A stretch of DNA of 64,000 nucleotides from Chiloscyllium plagiosum (GCF_004010195.1 NC_057718.1:30262045-30326044), one strand, 5' to 3'; numbered from the stretch's first letter, positions 1 to 14,668 are shown. Numbers and translations are program-made. Notes: generated by a model not told the origin, from the sequence alone.

Positions 1-2300
1 GTCCTCAGTTTTCCCACTTATCTTAGCTATGTTATACTTTTTCTCTTTTAACTTTATATGTTTCTTAACTTCCCTCGTCAGCCACGGCCACCCATGCCTC
101 CTCCTAGGATCTTTCTTCCTTTTTGGAATGAACTGATCCTGCAGCTTCTGCATTATACACAGAAATATCTGCCATTGTTCCTCCACTGTCATATTGCAGC
201 GCTGACGAAAGAACTCGAAGACCTTAGGCTCATCCGAGAAAACGAGATCTTTCTGGACAAGACCTTCAGCGATGGTCTCAAATTGCAGATTGAAGCTTAT
301 TGTATTATGGTCATTACTTCCTATGGCTCCTTTACTTCGAGGTCCCTGATCAATTCTGGTTTGTTGCACAATACCAGATCCAGAATTGCCTTCTCCCTGG
401 TTGGCTCCAGCACCAGCTGCTCTAAGAATCCATTTCTGAGGCACTCCACAAAGTCTCTTTCTTGCGGTCCAATACCATCCTGATTCTCCCAGTCTACCCT
501 GCATGTTGAAATCCCCCATAACAACTGTAGTAACATCTTTGCGACAGGCCAATTTCAGCTCCTGATTCAACTTACATCCGACATCCAGACTACTGTTTGG
601 GGGCCTGTAGATAACTTCCAAGAGAGTCTTCCATACTGACTCTACATCCCCTAATTCTAGGTCCCCCCGCGCAAGGGACTGAATATCATCCCTTACCAAC
701 ATGGCCACCCCACCCCCTCTGCCAGTCAGTCTGTTCTTACGATAGCACATGTAGCCTTGAATATTCACTTCCCAGGCCCTGTCCACTTGAAGCCACGTCT
801 CAGTCATCCCCACAATATCGTATCTGCCAATTTCCAAAAGAGCCTCAAGCTCATCCATCTTATTTCTAATGCTTCGTGCATTAATATATAGTATTTTTAA
901 TTTGTTACTGCCCCCACCCTTCCCATCAACTCCTATTTCACTCAATCTTACAGCATGATCCCTTTTTGAGTTTTCTGCTTCACTGACACAGTTGTCTTTC
1001 TTGACTTCCCTTGTTCTAACTTTCCCTTCAATTTCCTTCTTAAACATCCAGTTTGTCCCCTCCTTCCCCCCCCATCCCCCCGCTACTTAGTTTAAACGTA
1101 GCTGTGTTGCAGTAGCAAACCTGCCTGCCAGAATGCTGGTCCCTAACCTATTAAGGTGCAAACCATCTCTCTTGTATAATTTATACTTACCACAAAACAT
1201 ACCCCAGTGATCCAAGCATTTAAATCCTTACTTCCTGCACCAGTTCCCCAGCCACATGTTCAAGTCCATTATCTCCCTGTTTCTGGCTTCACCAGCCCGA
1301 GGAACTGGAAGCAAACCGGAGATAACCACCCTGGACGTCCTGCTTTTCAGCCTTCTTCCTAGTTCTCCGAAGTCCCGCTGTAGTATGCTCCTCCTCTTCT
1401 TCTCGACATCATTTGTGCCAACATGTACCACCACCTCCGGCTCACCTTCGTCCTTGAGGATTTCCTGCACTCTGTCTGTGATGTCTTTAACCCTGGCACC
1501 ACGAAGGCAACACACCATCCTTAAGTCCCGCCTGCTGCCACAAAAACCCCGGTCAGTTCCTCTCACTATGGAGTCCCCTATTACCGCGGTTCTGTGCGAT
1601 GTTCGACTCTTCCACTCTACCTCCACGCCAACTTTTGATTGACAGACCAGCCGCCTCGCGGACTGGCAGTGTCATCTGTCTTTACTGTTTCCAAAAATTA
1701 AAATTGTTCCTGACAGGTACTTCCCCTGGGGTCTCTTGCACCTGTCTCCTCTCTGCCTTCCTCATCGTCTGCTCTCTTCTGGTATGGCCGGTGTAATAAC
1801 CTCGCTGAAGGTCTTGTCCAGAAAGATCTCATTCTCTCGGATGAGCCTAAGGTCCTTGAGTTCTTTCATCAGGGCTGCAATATGCTCTGTCAGCAGCTGA
1901 ACGTGCACACACTTTCCACACTTATACGAGCCAGACACACCACAGTCGTTGACCTCCCACATCAAGCACGTAGCACACTGAACCAGCTTGGCAGTCATGT
2001 CTTCACCCTCTTCAACTGTGGCATAATCACTTCACTCAACCTCCTTGTCAAAGACTCCTGAGCTAAAGCCTCACTCCTCAATCCACAGGAACTTCCTTGG
2101 ACCCTCTTTTTGGGGCAAGTCTGTGGACTTTTAATTTAGGTTAGAGGAGGAGGGTGGGAGGGAGGCCCTACTGGGGTCTAGAACACACCCACTCAAATAA
2201 CAATCCTTACCTTCCCGACCGGCTTTGCTCTCCGACTTCACTTCCACCCAGCTCCCGCCGCTCTCTGCTGCAAAAAGACCGTTGGCATCGAGGTAAGTTC
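1..2300 (-). mobile_element. CR1-clade LINE, 5' part: 5'UTR, ORF1 (zinc finger + SGNH esterase) and start of ORF2 endonuclease; degenerate
   Basis: ORF 1762..1998 has CATC...CGKC; ORF 1228..1626 has GDSIVRG and VVVHVGTND; ORF 321..536 has EPTREKAILDLVL (APE endonuclease). Confidence 0.9.
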
Positions 2301-4749
2301 TTAAATAACAATCACTTAAATAACAAGTCATAGTGCCATTGGATACAGAAATGAAAAAGGAAATCTTGCATTCCCTTTAATTAATGCTTTACGTTCACTC
2401 TATGTTTTCATTTCCTGCCATTCAATTCTTGCCATCCAAATTCTGTGCACACATTTCCAATCACTTCTTGCTTGAATTCTTCCATGCAAGTGCCCTTTAT
2501 TACCGTTACTTTAATATACTGTCAGTACTTTATTCCCTTATTTTATCCATGATACTGATATGTCCAGTTTAACTCTTGTGATGATCACATCATGGTATGG
2601 TGCTCTCTTGGTTCCACTCTCAACCCATGTATGTAATGACTCCTGTTTCTATGGGACTACTTTGAGTGCACTACAAGAATCCATCCTTTAAATTGTCCTC
2701 AGCCTTTCAATCGTAGATAATCACATATGTTCAGAATCTATAGATATTCATGTCACTTGACTTAATTTCTGCATGACCAGGTGAAGTTCTACCATCACTT
2801 TGAAACATTCTACACTTATCAGACATCAGATGAGCAAATATTTTATCAGATTAAGCACTGACAAAACCAATTTCCATCAAAAACAAACATCGAAAACTAT
2901 TTTCCCTAGTTAATTATGTCTAGTCACTCGCTTGTAACTTCTAATAGATTTCACCAAATGCTTTTTGCAAGCATTTTTAACATTTATTTGTGAGAAATCA
3001 GGATACTCACAGGCTGACGATTAATTAATTACTGCTTTTCTTCATACCATTTTTCTGTTGTTTTATTTTAAAAGATATTATGAATGAGAAAATGTTGTTT
3101 ACACTTCATGTTTGCATTCCAAATAAGACAAAGGTTTACACAAAACTTTAAGATTACTTGTCTGATTTAATTAACATGTTGATCAACAAATTATGAGATA
3201 TGTTTATGATATAAAGGAAAAATTTAAAAGCATAGGATTACATTGAACAAAATTATTAGACAGGAAGCTAAGGTCCGTCTCAATACTTTTCTGGTATCTG
3301 GTTCTTGGATGACATGATATTAGAACTTCTAACTACTTATAGCACTCAGAATCTCTGTCAACAATATACAACATATCCAGCCATAGCTAAGGGAAAATCC
3401 CAGTAATAATGAGCTTTGGGAATTTAATTCCAAAGTTACCTGTTTCTCCTTAGTATACTACTCATCACCTACTGTAAATCAAATTATTTCACTGTATCCC
3501 AAAACATTACTGAAAAAAAAAATGCTATCCATTCACTCACTATTACCTTAAAAACACTAAATAAACGCAAGTTGTTGTTACATAGATTAACCATTTGTTC
3601 GTAAAATATTGAGGGTAATTTTCCTAACAAGGGAAGTGGGCTTGCATGCATGCAAGGAGTTAAATTCCCAGAAATTGATGTGAACTCAGGATGTCAATGT
3701 CATCTCACCCTCTTTTAGGTATCTCCGGATTTGGATTGAAGACAAATGGGGAGTGAACATAATTAAAAAGCTAATACAGACTTTTTTTGAAGACCTAAAT
3801 TCTGGCTTCTTGTGGTGCAGTGATAATGTAACCTCTGGGCCAGAAGGAGCAGGTTCAAGCCCTAGAGATGTGTTATAACATGCCTAAACACACGGATTAT
3901 TTTTCCTTTGGCCCTCAATTTTTAATTTCCTGGCTAGGGTACCAGTTAACAACTCACCAAGCTGACAGAGAAGTACATAGTGAGGAGAAACTTAACAGCT
4001 GCAATCAATTGATTGAGTGATGCAATTAGCCATGGTGAGTTGAGAGGTTGTTGCTCAAAGCACTTTTATTCCTGGAATGTTGTGACTGCTTGGAAGGTGA
4101 TTTTTTTTACTGCTAAGAAGTCACCAGACCTGTCTAACACTTTGGTCATCTTCAGCTGCATATCCGTGTTGCCAGCTCAGGAGTAGCTTATATAAGTATA
4201 CCTTAGATCTCTGATGGGAGGCAGCTGCCGAAGCAATTGTATCACCATCAACTGCCATCTTCTCTACAGGGCAGACAGAAGGTTCATAGGGATCCAGCTA
4301 TAAGGAAATCCCCAACACAAAATGCTCCCTTGAAATATATGAGCATGAATGCAGTAGGTCATACAGATTTTCATGGTAGGTCATTGCTGACATCTCAAGC
4401 TTCCTGGGTTACACTTTCAATGGATGTTAAGCTGCCTGATACTGGAAGCACAAGCATGGTTACACAGGCCTTCTCGTGAAGGCAGGGTTTCGAGTGTTAG
4501 AAATCACTTGTGGAAGGGAGGGATGGACCAGTGAAGGGTTACAACAAAACATGCAACTGAGAGATAGTAAGATAAAGGTGAGTGTGTATGTTGTCTGTTC
4601 AAAAGAAGCTACGTGCCCGAAGAGACAGGAATGAGTAGATTTGTTTCCGTGCTGTACATCTCTATAATAGTATGACATATTGTTCTGAGAAGTGCTGTGA
4701 ATGGGAATGCTGAAAAAGATGGACCAGCAAATTTGTTAATTAAAAAGCT

Positions 4750-5715
4750 CACTGGAGGACGATCCACAAAAATCTCCATCTTCAATGATGGAAGAGCTCA
4801 GCACATCAGTGCAAAAGATAATCCTGAAGCATTTGCAGCAATCTTCAGCCAGAGGTGCCAAGTGGAAGATCCATCTCAGCCTTCTCTAGTGGTTCCCAGC
4901 ATCTCAGCTGTCAGTCTTTAGCCAATTTGATTCATTTCATGTGACATCAAAAAACAGTTGGAAGCACTGGATGCTGCAAAGGCTATACAGCCCTGACAAC
5001 ATTTTGGCAATAGTACTGAGGCTTGTTCTCCAGAACCTGCTGCTGCCCTAGCCAAGCTGCTGCATTCCACTACTTCACTAGCATCTACCTGACAATGTGG
5101 AAAATTGTCCATCCTGATACCCAAAAAGCAGGAAAAATCCAATTCGACCAATTTCTGTCCCATCAGTCTACTGTCAATCATCAGTAAGGTGTTGAAAATG
5201 TCATCAGCAATGCTATCAAGCAGCCCTGCTAAGCAACAAGCTGCTCAGGGACGCGCCCAGTTTGGGTTGAGTCAGGGCCACTCAGCTCCTGACCTTATTA
5301 CAGATGTAATTCAAACATGGGCAAAAGAGCTGAATTTCAGAGGTGATGTAAGAGTGACAACTCCTGATAACATTTGATCGAGCATGGAATCAAGGAACCT
5401 CAGCAAAACTGGAATCAATAGAATTTGGGGGCAAACTCTCAGCTAGTTAGAGTCATACATGGCACAGAGGAAAAATATTGTGGTTGTTGGAGGTTCATCA
5501 CCTCAGCCACAGGACATCTCTGCAGGAGTTCCTTGGGATAGTGTCCTAGGCCCAACCATCTTCATTACTTCAAAACACCTTCCCTCCATCATAAAGGTCA
5601 GAAGTAGAGGTGATCACTAATGACTGCACACATTCAGCATCATTGACAACTCCTCAATACTGGAGCATTCCATGTTCAAATGCAATAAGCTCTGGCCAAT
5701 ATCCAGGCTTGGAGG
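4750..5715 (+). mobile_element. Old CR1/L2-type LINE reverse-transcriptase fragment
   Basis: KSNSTNFCPISLLSIISKV, QFG..GHSAPDLIT and a decayed GVPQGSVLGP motif; frameshifted. Confidence 0.8.
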
Positions 5716-7239
5716 CAGTGGTGGCGACGGTATCAGAGTTCAGAGCATGGCACTAGCTGGGGCCAGTGGGACTTTGACGGTTGGCAGGGAGTTGATGGTG
5801 AGCTAAGTGGCTGACAAGCCTGGATATCATTTACCAGCAATACAGATTGAGAGTCTGGGCAGTAGTAGTGATGAAATAACTGGCAAGTCGGAATGCCAGT
5901 CGGCATTGAGGAACTTAGCCCTGTGCGGGTGAGAGTAAGCCCTTGTGGGAAAAACCTAGCAGCAGCAACTGCAGATCCATGGCTAACTAAGGACTGTAAT
6001 ATTGCACTTCTAACTTATTTTGTTATTGTTCTATTTTGTGCCTAAGGTATTATACTAGGTACCTTTGTACCTAAGATGGCACTAGGAATGGCAACTATTC
6101 ACTATATTCATATACTAGAGTACATGCGACAATAAAACCTAATTCTATTTCTCTTCCTTCCATTCTTGGGAAAGATCACCTTGTTGCAGTTTCTTAGATC
6201 CCGCAGCTTGGTTCCAAATAAGAGTGCATGACCCAGACAGAGGCATTCCCAAGGCTCCTTTCTGTTTTTGTGTATGGTAGGACTTCAAAAACCCATATGC
6301 AGATGAGCCATTGTAACTGATGTTGGGCTCCCTTTAATTAGAATTTCTTCTATGAACAGATACAGAATATGATTCCTCCCGACCTCCCTTATTGGTCTGG
6401 GATGTTGAAAGCTGTAGCGTTGAGTTACAGAGGCAAGGTGCAGCCCAGTCAGTTGCCAATCACCAATGGCTTCATTGTTCCAGCAGAAAATAAGTTTATA
6501 AAATTCCACCTATTGTTTCTCCAGATTAGTTGTGAATTATGGCAATTTAATGAAAACTCGTCTCACTTAAAACTGTAGCTACCTCAGACATTGATGACAA
6601 GGAACTGGACAGATAGTAAGCGTGGATATATGTTATGATTTCTCCTTAATATTCAGCAACTTACTTTCATAAAGAGTTTTGTGAACTGAAGGAGAAGATA
6701 ATTGAGTAACTCATTTTCCTCACTAAGGTGCACGGCACTTAGCAGAGAATTTTAGCCTAATTCTGAAGTCAACATTCAAAGAAAGTTCAGTTTAGAAACT
6801 CCAGCGCCAATGATGAGAAATGAAGATTTGTTTCCACAGCAACAGAAATGTTGCTTGGAAAGTAAAGGAAACTTTAGAAGAGTTATGTAATAGGAATATG
6901 AAAAAGACCTACATTTATTTAACTACTATTTCAATGCAAGTTATTTTCCGTAACCAAATGAATGTCACAGATCTCCTGCAATATACAAAATGGGCAAAAC
7001 TCAAACAGTCTGATGGAACAACAATAAACAGAAGTTCCCGTAGGAAATTCGGTTGGTTAACATTTCCCCTTTCATAAGAACATAAGATATAGTTGCAAGA
7101 ATAGATTATTTAGTTCCTTGAGCCTGCTCCACCATTTAATTGTATCATGGCTGATCTAATGTGACCTTAACTCCACTTTCTTGCCAAACCTTCCCATCCA
7201 TACTGTTCATTCAGCAAATGTTCCCATCTTAACACATAT

Positions 7240-7790
7240 TTAGTAACTTCGTACTTAAGAAACAACTGCAACTGACATTTATAATTAAATAAAAATGTTC
7301 CAAGGCACTTCAGAGAAGCACCATATAACAAAATATGACACCAAATCACACAATGAAAACAAGGCAGAGAAGTGCAGTGGTGTAGGGAGGGACCTAGGAA
7401 ACTGAAGATGTGACTACCAATGATGGAGTGATTAAAATTAAGGATGCACAAGAGGCCAGAATTAGAGATGTGCAGATACCTTGGAAGATTATGTGGCAAG
7501 GAGAGATTACAGAAAGATAGAGTGTCAAGGTCACAGAGTAAATTGAAAACCAGGATAAGAATTTTAATGTCCAGATAATGCTTGACTGGGAACAGATGTA
7601 TTCTCCAGCAAGAATAAGGGACGAGACTTGGGCAATTTAACAGACAAATAGTAGGGTGCTGGAGGACCTCAAGTTTACAATGTAGAAGCAATGTAGAAGT
7701 ATATTGAAATAGCTGAATATTCAGGAGGTACCAGAGACATGAATGAGTGTTACAGCAGCAGATGGAACTGAGATGGGGCAATATCGAGGC
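7240..7790 (-). mobile_element. L2-type LINE 3' remnant
   Basis: ORF 7167..7874 contains a decayed ORF2 C-terminal motif (HLFPVKHYLDIKILILVFNLL...YLHISNSGLL). Confidence 0.6.
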
Positions 7791-8180
7791 ATAATCTAAT
7801 TTCTTTCTTCTAAAGTATAAATTATTACAAATGTTGTAATAATCTTGTAAATGTATATTCTTTGAGTTTACCAATACAGTATAGAATCATATAGTACAAA
7901 GGAGGTCCTTTGGCCCATTGAAACTGTACCCGCAAAAATATATTACTGACACTAGTCACACTTTCCTATACTTGGCCCATAGCCTTGAAATGTTAGAGCA
8001 CTTCAAATGCTCATCCAAATACGTTTTCAAGGTTGTGAAGTTTCCTGCCTCATCCACCCTTCTAAGCAGTGCATTCCAAACCCTCACCACCACCTTTTTG
8101 TTCTCATATGGCTCATCACTTCATCTTCAAATTGCTTTTGCTGCTTGTAGCTTGAAGCATGAACTTGTAAGACAGCACGT

Positions 8181-8492
8181 AGAATCCCAACAATGTGGAA
8201 ACAGGCCATTCAGCTCAACAAGTCTACAATGACCCTCCGAAGAACATCCCAGACAGACCCACCCCAAACCTGTAAACCTGCATTTACCATGGCCCAAACA
8301 CTTAATCTGCACATCTTTGGATTATGGGAGGAAACTGGAGCACCCAGAGGAAACCGGAGCACCCAGAGGAAACCACTCAGACACAGGGAGAATGTACAAA
8401 CTCCAAAAAGACAGTAGCCAGAGGATGGAATCGAACCTGGTTCCCTGGCACTGTGAAGCAGCAGTGCTAACTACTGAGCCACTGTGCTACCC
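8181..8492 (-). mobile_element. tRNA-derived HE1/V-SINE-type SINE with an internal 19-bp tandem duplication
   Basis: A/B boxes at the right end, V-core ggtttcctc...ggtgctccgg, CR1-like tail; gaaacyggagcacccagag twice at 8331-8368. Confidence 0.85.
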
Positions 8493-8924
8493 TTAATTTT
8501 TTCTTTTTGAGAAACTCCATAAGAAAGCTAGCAATAAGAAAATACAAACTTACTGGCCTTGCAGTACAAGCACCCATAGGGTTTGAATGTGTATTAAAAC
8601 ACCTACATATTTAAAATCACATTTTACATTGATAAAGAAAATGTCAAGGATAGCAGAACAAATATACAATTTTCACAATAAATGATGTAGCTTTTTGTAA
8701 ATATTGCTGAAGTATCATTATGCAACAAATTCCAATGAAAGAAAGATAATCAAAGTTATCTTGAATTATGAACAGTAACCAAGATCATAACGGGAAGAAA
8801 GGTTTTAAATGTAAAATGGCTCCTTGACTTTCCACACTGAATTTCTTATTTTCTTTAGCATTTGTGGATAAAAATAAAATTTCTATTGCATATATACAAA
8901 GAAACCAAAAATTTATAACAATGA

Positions 8925-9123
8925 TTTATTGGCATTTAAAACATTTCCATGATGTTATACCGTAATTTTTTGTCAATGTACAAACAATAGCAAAAGTTCA
9001 AAATACTTTAAATTGACCACTGAACATCCAGGGTTGGCTACCAAAAAGTAAATACTAATTCAAACACAAAAGGATGAAATCCATAAATTTAGACTTTAAT
9101 TGCAATTATTCCAAAGATTTATT
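8925..9123 (-). promoter_or_regulatory. Candidate PREPL polyadenylation signals (AATAAA at 9118-9123 and 8925-8930)
   Basis: TTTATT on the + strand within AT-rich sequence downstream of the stop; which one is used is unknown. Confidence 0.35.
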
Positions 9124-9208
9124 TTTCTCTAAATTCATGTCAGTATTTAGTTCTCTGTTAGTGAGCTGTACTGAAGACCTATGAAAAGTATTCATGGATG
9201 CCTCCACA

Positions 9209-9253
9209 TTAAAGTTCTAGCTCTTCATATAAAAATGCATAATGTCTGGCAAC
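9209..9253 (-). CDS. PREPL: PREPL last coding exon (VARHYAFLYEELEL*)
   Basis: Acceptor ttttatag; FLYEEL motif; TAA at 9209-9211. Confidence 0.9.
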   Translation of the reverse strand, partial: VARHYAFLYEELEL

Positions 9254-10816
9254 CTATAAAAAATAAAATTATAGTTAATTGCCAAAAAATGATTTCTCAC
9301 TACATAAATGTAATATTTTGATGATTACAACTACAAAATTTGTCATTTCTTCTGGTGCTACATGCCCAGCACAAGGGGGTGGGTATCTATGTATGTGGTT
9401 TTCTGTAGATACTATATAGGAGGGATGGATGAAGGAGGTAGAATTAAAATATCTCTTTAAAACACACTTTAAAGTAGCCAAAATATATTCAATACTTTAA
9501 ATTTGTGTGGTATTAAGACCAATTCAACTAATCAACATCAACATAATTCTGTACAAGCAAAAAACAAGAATATTCAAGATTTGATACTTTATCTATTCTG
9601 AGTTAGCCTCAAGAAAGGACTGCTATAGTAGTTTGATATCCTAATCCACATACTCATTTATATCTTACTTCATACATTTTCCCTAAATGTCTCACACTGC
9701 CATCCTTAAATAGAAATGTTGTAAATTTTAATGATATTATTACTAATTCTTCGAATTTCTAGGGAAAACAGACTCAATTTCCTTAATCTGTTCTCATAAA
9801 GCAATCCCACCATCCCAGGAAGTAAAGTGGTGAACCTCTATTGCTGAAATCCATAGAGACACTATCCACTGCTCTACCTTCATTTTTTTTGTCATTTCTT
9901 CAAAAAACTCAATCAAATTAATGAGACATGATTTCCCACGCACAAATGTTGCCTGATGCTTCCCTCACCCACTGTAAGATAGGAGACTGGTTGAGGGTGG
10001 ATGAGACACTGGTGGGAAATGCACATTTTCAAGTATGCCAGTCGGAATCTGTAAAATCTGACCCCCATGTCTTCATAATGCATCAACTCTTGCTCCTTTT
10101 TTTTGAAGGACAAATGCAGGCAGTACTACTTAACCTTGTATTTCCACAATATGTTTTGTTCAACGTAGAACTGATTAAAATTACTCAACAAAAATGTATA
10201 TGATACTTTATTAAACTGCTAACCTCACACCTTAAGAGCTAACACTTCAGCTCTAGTATGCCTGCTTCTATTGATTTTGTTTTATTGATACTATTGCAAA
10301 TTTTGAAGTTTGAAATGTCCCCAAAAGTTCATTCACTTAGCACATTTAAAAGCTACTTTTCTCCCTCTTGCATGTCACAATTCTGGCCTTTAGTCAAATG
10401 TTCTGTGTGGTTGCTTCTGCTGTCCATTTGCTTATATTTATTACGAACTTCACTATTCTTAACCAGATTATCAATTTTTAAAACTTTGAGGTGCAAATTC
10501 CTTAATATGCCTCAAGAATCACAATTTAATGATGGAAGTCCGACACTCATATTGAAGAAAATGCAACTTAGTAATGGCTCTGAGACCAGAGCAGGGAGAA
10601 TCTTAAGATTTTCAGGCTACTAAAAGTCTGAATTTTGATGACATTGAATTGATCATTCAGTTGCTTAACATCGAAGAAAATAATTGTTAAAAACAAGATC
10701 AGTGTGTGCTAACGCATCACTCCATTATGATATACGTTTTGGATACAAACAGCTAAACTAAACCTTACTGATTTGAAAGACTGTCCTATACTGTGGAGAG
10801 AAAAATAAAGATTTAC

Positions 10817-10899
10817 TTCATGTATTGATTCTTCCCATTTAGATGGTCCAAAGTGATCACCTCCAGGTTGGATATCCAAAATTATGTTTGGTAATTCAC
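10817..10899 (-). CDS. PREPL: PREPL coding exon 13 (GELPNIILDIQPGGDHFG...IHE), catalytic His codon 10853-10855
   Basis: Acceptor attgaag, donor GAA|GTAAAT, 83 nt, phase 1/0. Confidence 0.93.
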
Positions 10900-12169
10900 C
10901 TTCAATTGAGACATTATGCAAAACAAAACAATTAGAAAAATCTTTGCGCAGCACGTTATGACTTAATTATTAAACAGAAATGTTTCATTTCAACTAGACC
11001 TAACTGATCAGTCATGTTAAACTGTTGCATTGTATTTATATTTTAAAGTTTAATGGGTAATTTGATTCTATCTGCCTCCATTTTATAGTTCATAGAGTTT
11101 AATTCTCTTACATAAAAAATGCACATGTGAAGTGTATCTTTAATGAACTTTCTGTAAGATGGAGATGTGCAGTCAGTGCCTCATGGTAGAGATATAAAAG
11201 ACTAGGGCAAGCCTAGGGGGACATTAGTAAAGTATTGCATTTAATCCCCTTTTCACACAAAAGACAAAAAATTGCATACATGATCATTTTACATTGCAAT
11301 TTACCAAAATTAATCAGTGTGCACACAGTGTTCTTATTATGAACCATTCATTATTCTCAGTAAGTCTCTGCACATAAATTCCACAGTTAGGGTGAAAGCT
11401 TACCAAGCTCTGAGCAATTTGGGCTAAGTGTGATGAATTGTTGAATCAAGTGTGATGGTCGCCTCAATGGAGAGATCATCTCACAGTAACATTCTCGGGA
11501 TGTTCAAGGATGTCTCGGCTAGTTCAAAACTGTCTACACTTATTGCTTGTAAAATGCCTTGTTAACAGTCCAACTCACCGTGGTTTGAAATCTTACCAAA
11601 CTCACCATATAAACTAGCCATTGGGAAATCTTGACATGGAAACCAGAGAGGATTCCTGGCAGGTTCAACTCACTACTTACTCCGACAGACCTCCATGTTG
11701 GACACTGGTCACTAACATCTTGGTGTAGTCAAAGTGCTCCCCACATGTATTCCACACCCATGGATATCTAACATGTGTCAACCTCCATGAAAACTTCATG
11801 GCACATCTTCAATCCACTTACAGCAGACTTCTGCACTTCAATGTTTCACCTTGGATTGCACTGGCAAATATCAATGTAATGCCACAGCAGGAATACTGGG
11901 TGCACAGGGATACGGACTCAGCTGATGGACCGGACCAAGCTGCATCTCTGGGCTCTCCACTTACATCATAGCATCCACTCACTGTGAGCCTCCATGGGTC
12001 TCTCAGCATTCCTGCCTTCCATTGCCTTGCCTTTTTGTGCACTGTCTGATCTCCAGTCATCTTGTATATCCTTGCCATTAGACACAAACCTTACTCTTCT
12101 AGAGCAATGCAGTAGTTATTATGCAGTGGCTACCAGACACTAAAATATCTCAAACACAGGCCAACTGCT

Positions 12170-12520
12170 TCAGGGGCCTAGAACATCAGGTACTCATGGG
12201 AAATCCCAACAGTAACAGACCTGAACATCACATCACTATTATCATTCAGGAACATCAATGCTATGAATTTGGCATTGCTGCCTTGGGTGAGACACAATGG
12301 TGAGTTCAAAGAACATGCTGGTTGATGCACCTTCTGGAAAGTAAGCCAGAAGAACACTGGTTTATGTGTCTGACTTCACCTTAAAAAAAGGCACTAGCTG
12401 ATTTAGTGGAATGAACAAACATCTCATGATCCTTTGGCCCAGTACACTATAGTCATTAGTGCGTATGCACCAACCTTAGAAACAGTGGATCAGGTCAAAC
12501 AGTCAAGTCCAGCCTTCATC
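12170..12520 (+). mobile_element. RTE-type LINE endonuclease remnant
   Basis: VLMGNPNSNRPEHH...GIAALGET resembles the N-terminus of RTE endonuclease. Confidence 0.55.
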
Positions 12521-14668
12521 AACAGATTGGAGAAATTCAAGCACAAATTATGCTTGGTGCTAGTCATAAACATTAAGCAAAACCAGCCCCATTGATTCTG
12601 CAGACTTTTGAGGAGGCTCCATACATTAGACTGATTCATTTGGATGCAAATAATAGGCACTACTTAAAAACTTCAGATTTTTTTTCTTCATTAGGAAATA
12701 GTTTATTTTTACTCTACTATAACTAGCAAATGGTTCACATTTTCTGAAATTTAAAATAGGATTATCCAGATGGTATATTGAGATTGAGATTGAATATGAG
12801 TATTTTATGATAACTAATTTAAACTGGAAAGCTTCCACACTTAAATATATCAAGAAAAATTTATTTTAAAAAATCTGTATGGTTGTGTAGATTCATTGTA
12901 TATCTCTAAATACAAGAATGAGCAGAAACCCAAAAGAAATCTCAAAATCATTGGTATTTTTCTGAATCGCCAATTGTACAAAGTGGAAATTCTACCTTAG
13001 ATCGAACAAGGCAAGTCTGTAGAGTTAGAAAGGTGTCACACATACTAATGACGGGAGAACGCACTGGAGTGGCTCACACAAAGGAACAGAGCAGAGTAAG
13101 AGAAAACAATTGTTGGTAAACAGATAATAGGTGTTGATAGTCATTCAGAGTGGGAAATAAAAATTAAAAAGATAAATCAAAATCAAAAAGAATAGTGACT
13201 TAGGTGGAAAGGACGTTATGAGTCTAACAAAAATCAAATAGTTTCATAATTAACATTTGAACAAACAGTCAGCAAAAATATATCAGAATAAAAATTCATA
13301 TAAAACAGCCTATCTATCCAGATTTTAATTGTGAAGTCTTAGAAGAATATATTTCAGTATTTTTAAACATACTTTGAATACAATTCTTTACATAGTATTT
13401 GTGTTAGCTCTGACACTTTTCCAGCATGTCTTTATGTTACTTTCTCTCCATGATGCATGCAGTCAAAGAACCTATTGTTGTCATGAGTGTTCACAAAGGT
13501 CATTTACTTCTCATGAATCTATTATCCCTCCATCAAATTACAAACACTTCTATAATTAAAGCTTGGGATTACAATGTAGTAGTAGATTGCCTGTTTGGTA
13601 GGTTCTTTCTATCTTGCTATTTCCTTTAGCTTGAATTTTACAGCAATTCCGCATTGTTTATTGCTGATCACCAGCAAAGCCAGATATTGGTATTGAGCCA
13701 TCATCATGACACAGTCATCATTTATATCATTGTTCATGTTGTGATAAAGGACTAGTAGAACACAACAAATTTCATTTAAAAAAACAATTACAACACAATT
13801 CAGACTCTCAATGGCCTAGCTATATGGTGTTAAATGAGCCAGCCTAGGATAATGAAAATCTGATGACTAAGTAACAGATAGAAAAGTAGAGCTACTCCTT
13901 TGTTCAAGGAGAAGAATCGAGTAAAACCCATAATTGTGCAGAAGATGGGCCAAGTCGACTCTCATATTCTCCTCTAACAATTGTTCAGACAATAACCCGC
14001 CTCTCTCATGCTGTGCATTCTGGTTCTACAGATTAGTTTTAACCAAGTGAAGACCCTTCAACATCCCTGTGGCTTCTACCGTGCACAGCTCAGGATCAGG
14101 AACATGGAACTGATACGTCATTGAATGTTGGGAAGCTGACCATTCAGGGAACTGCACAGAGGCTAGAACCTGTCACAGGGAATATGAACACTGTCCATGG
14201 ACTATCATTGAGTACATGTAGGCTGAAGCATTGGCATAAATCTTGGAAAATATACCATGGCATTTAGCCACGAGTTTTGGTTCTATCCTTTCTAATTGTT
14301 ACTGAAACAGCAATAAGGTTGGTTTTTATGCTTGGAGTTATTTGTAGCAATCAGTAAATGAAGTGATGATATTCATTGATGAGATGTACAATCATTAACA
14401 AATGTTTCAATACAAAGAATGCAAATGCAAGCTAAAATATGCTCAATAACCTAGAACAGTTGGTTAATAAATAATAGAATGGTACAAAGGTTTCTTCACG
14501 TACTTACGATACTTTTAAAAGCATTGATTTGCGTGGAAAGCTGACATTTGGCATTGGTGAAGTGATATGAACAATAATGAACATACAGATTGTCAACTAC
14601 AATTTCAAGAGTAGATAAAGACTGCACTAACTTCCATCACTAGAATCTTCAACTGTAGCTAAAGACTT

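Noticed and set aside
58..483. 141-aa plus-strand ORF as a novel gene
   Set aside because: It is the antisense of a CR1 ORF2 plus an inverted ORF1 fragment.
7167..7874. 235-aa ORF
   Set aside because: Chance open frame through a decayed L2 3' end.
13900..14340. Non-repetitive-looking intronic block as a hidden exon or RNA gene
   Set aside because: I could not find a convincing ORF, splice pair or RNA motif by eye; it needs a conservation search.
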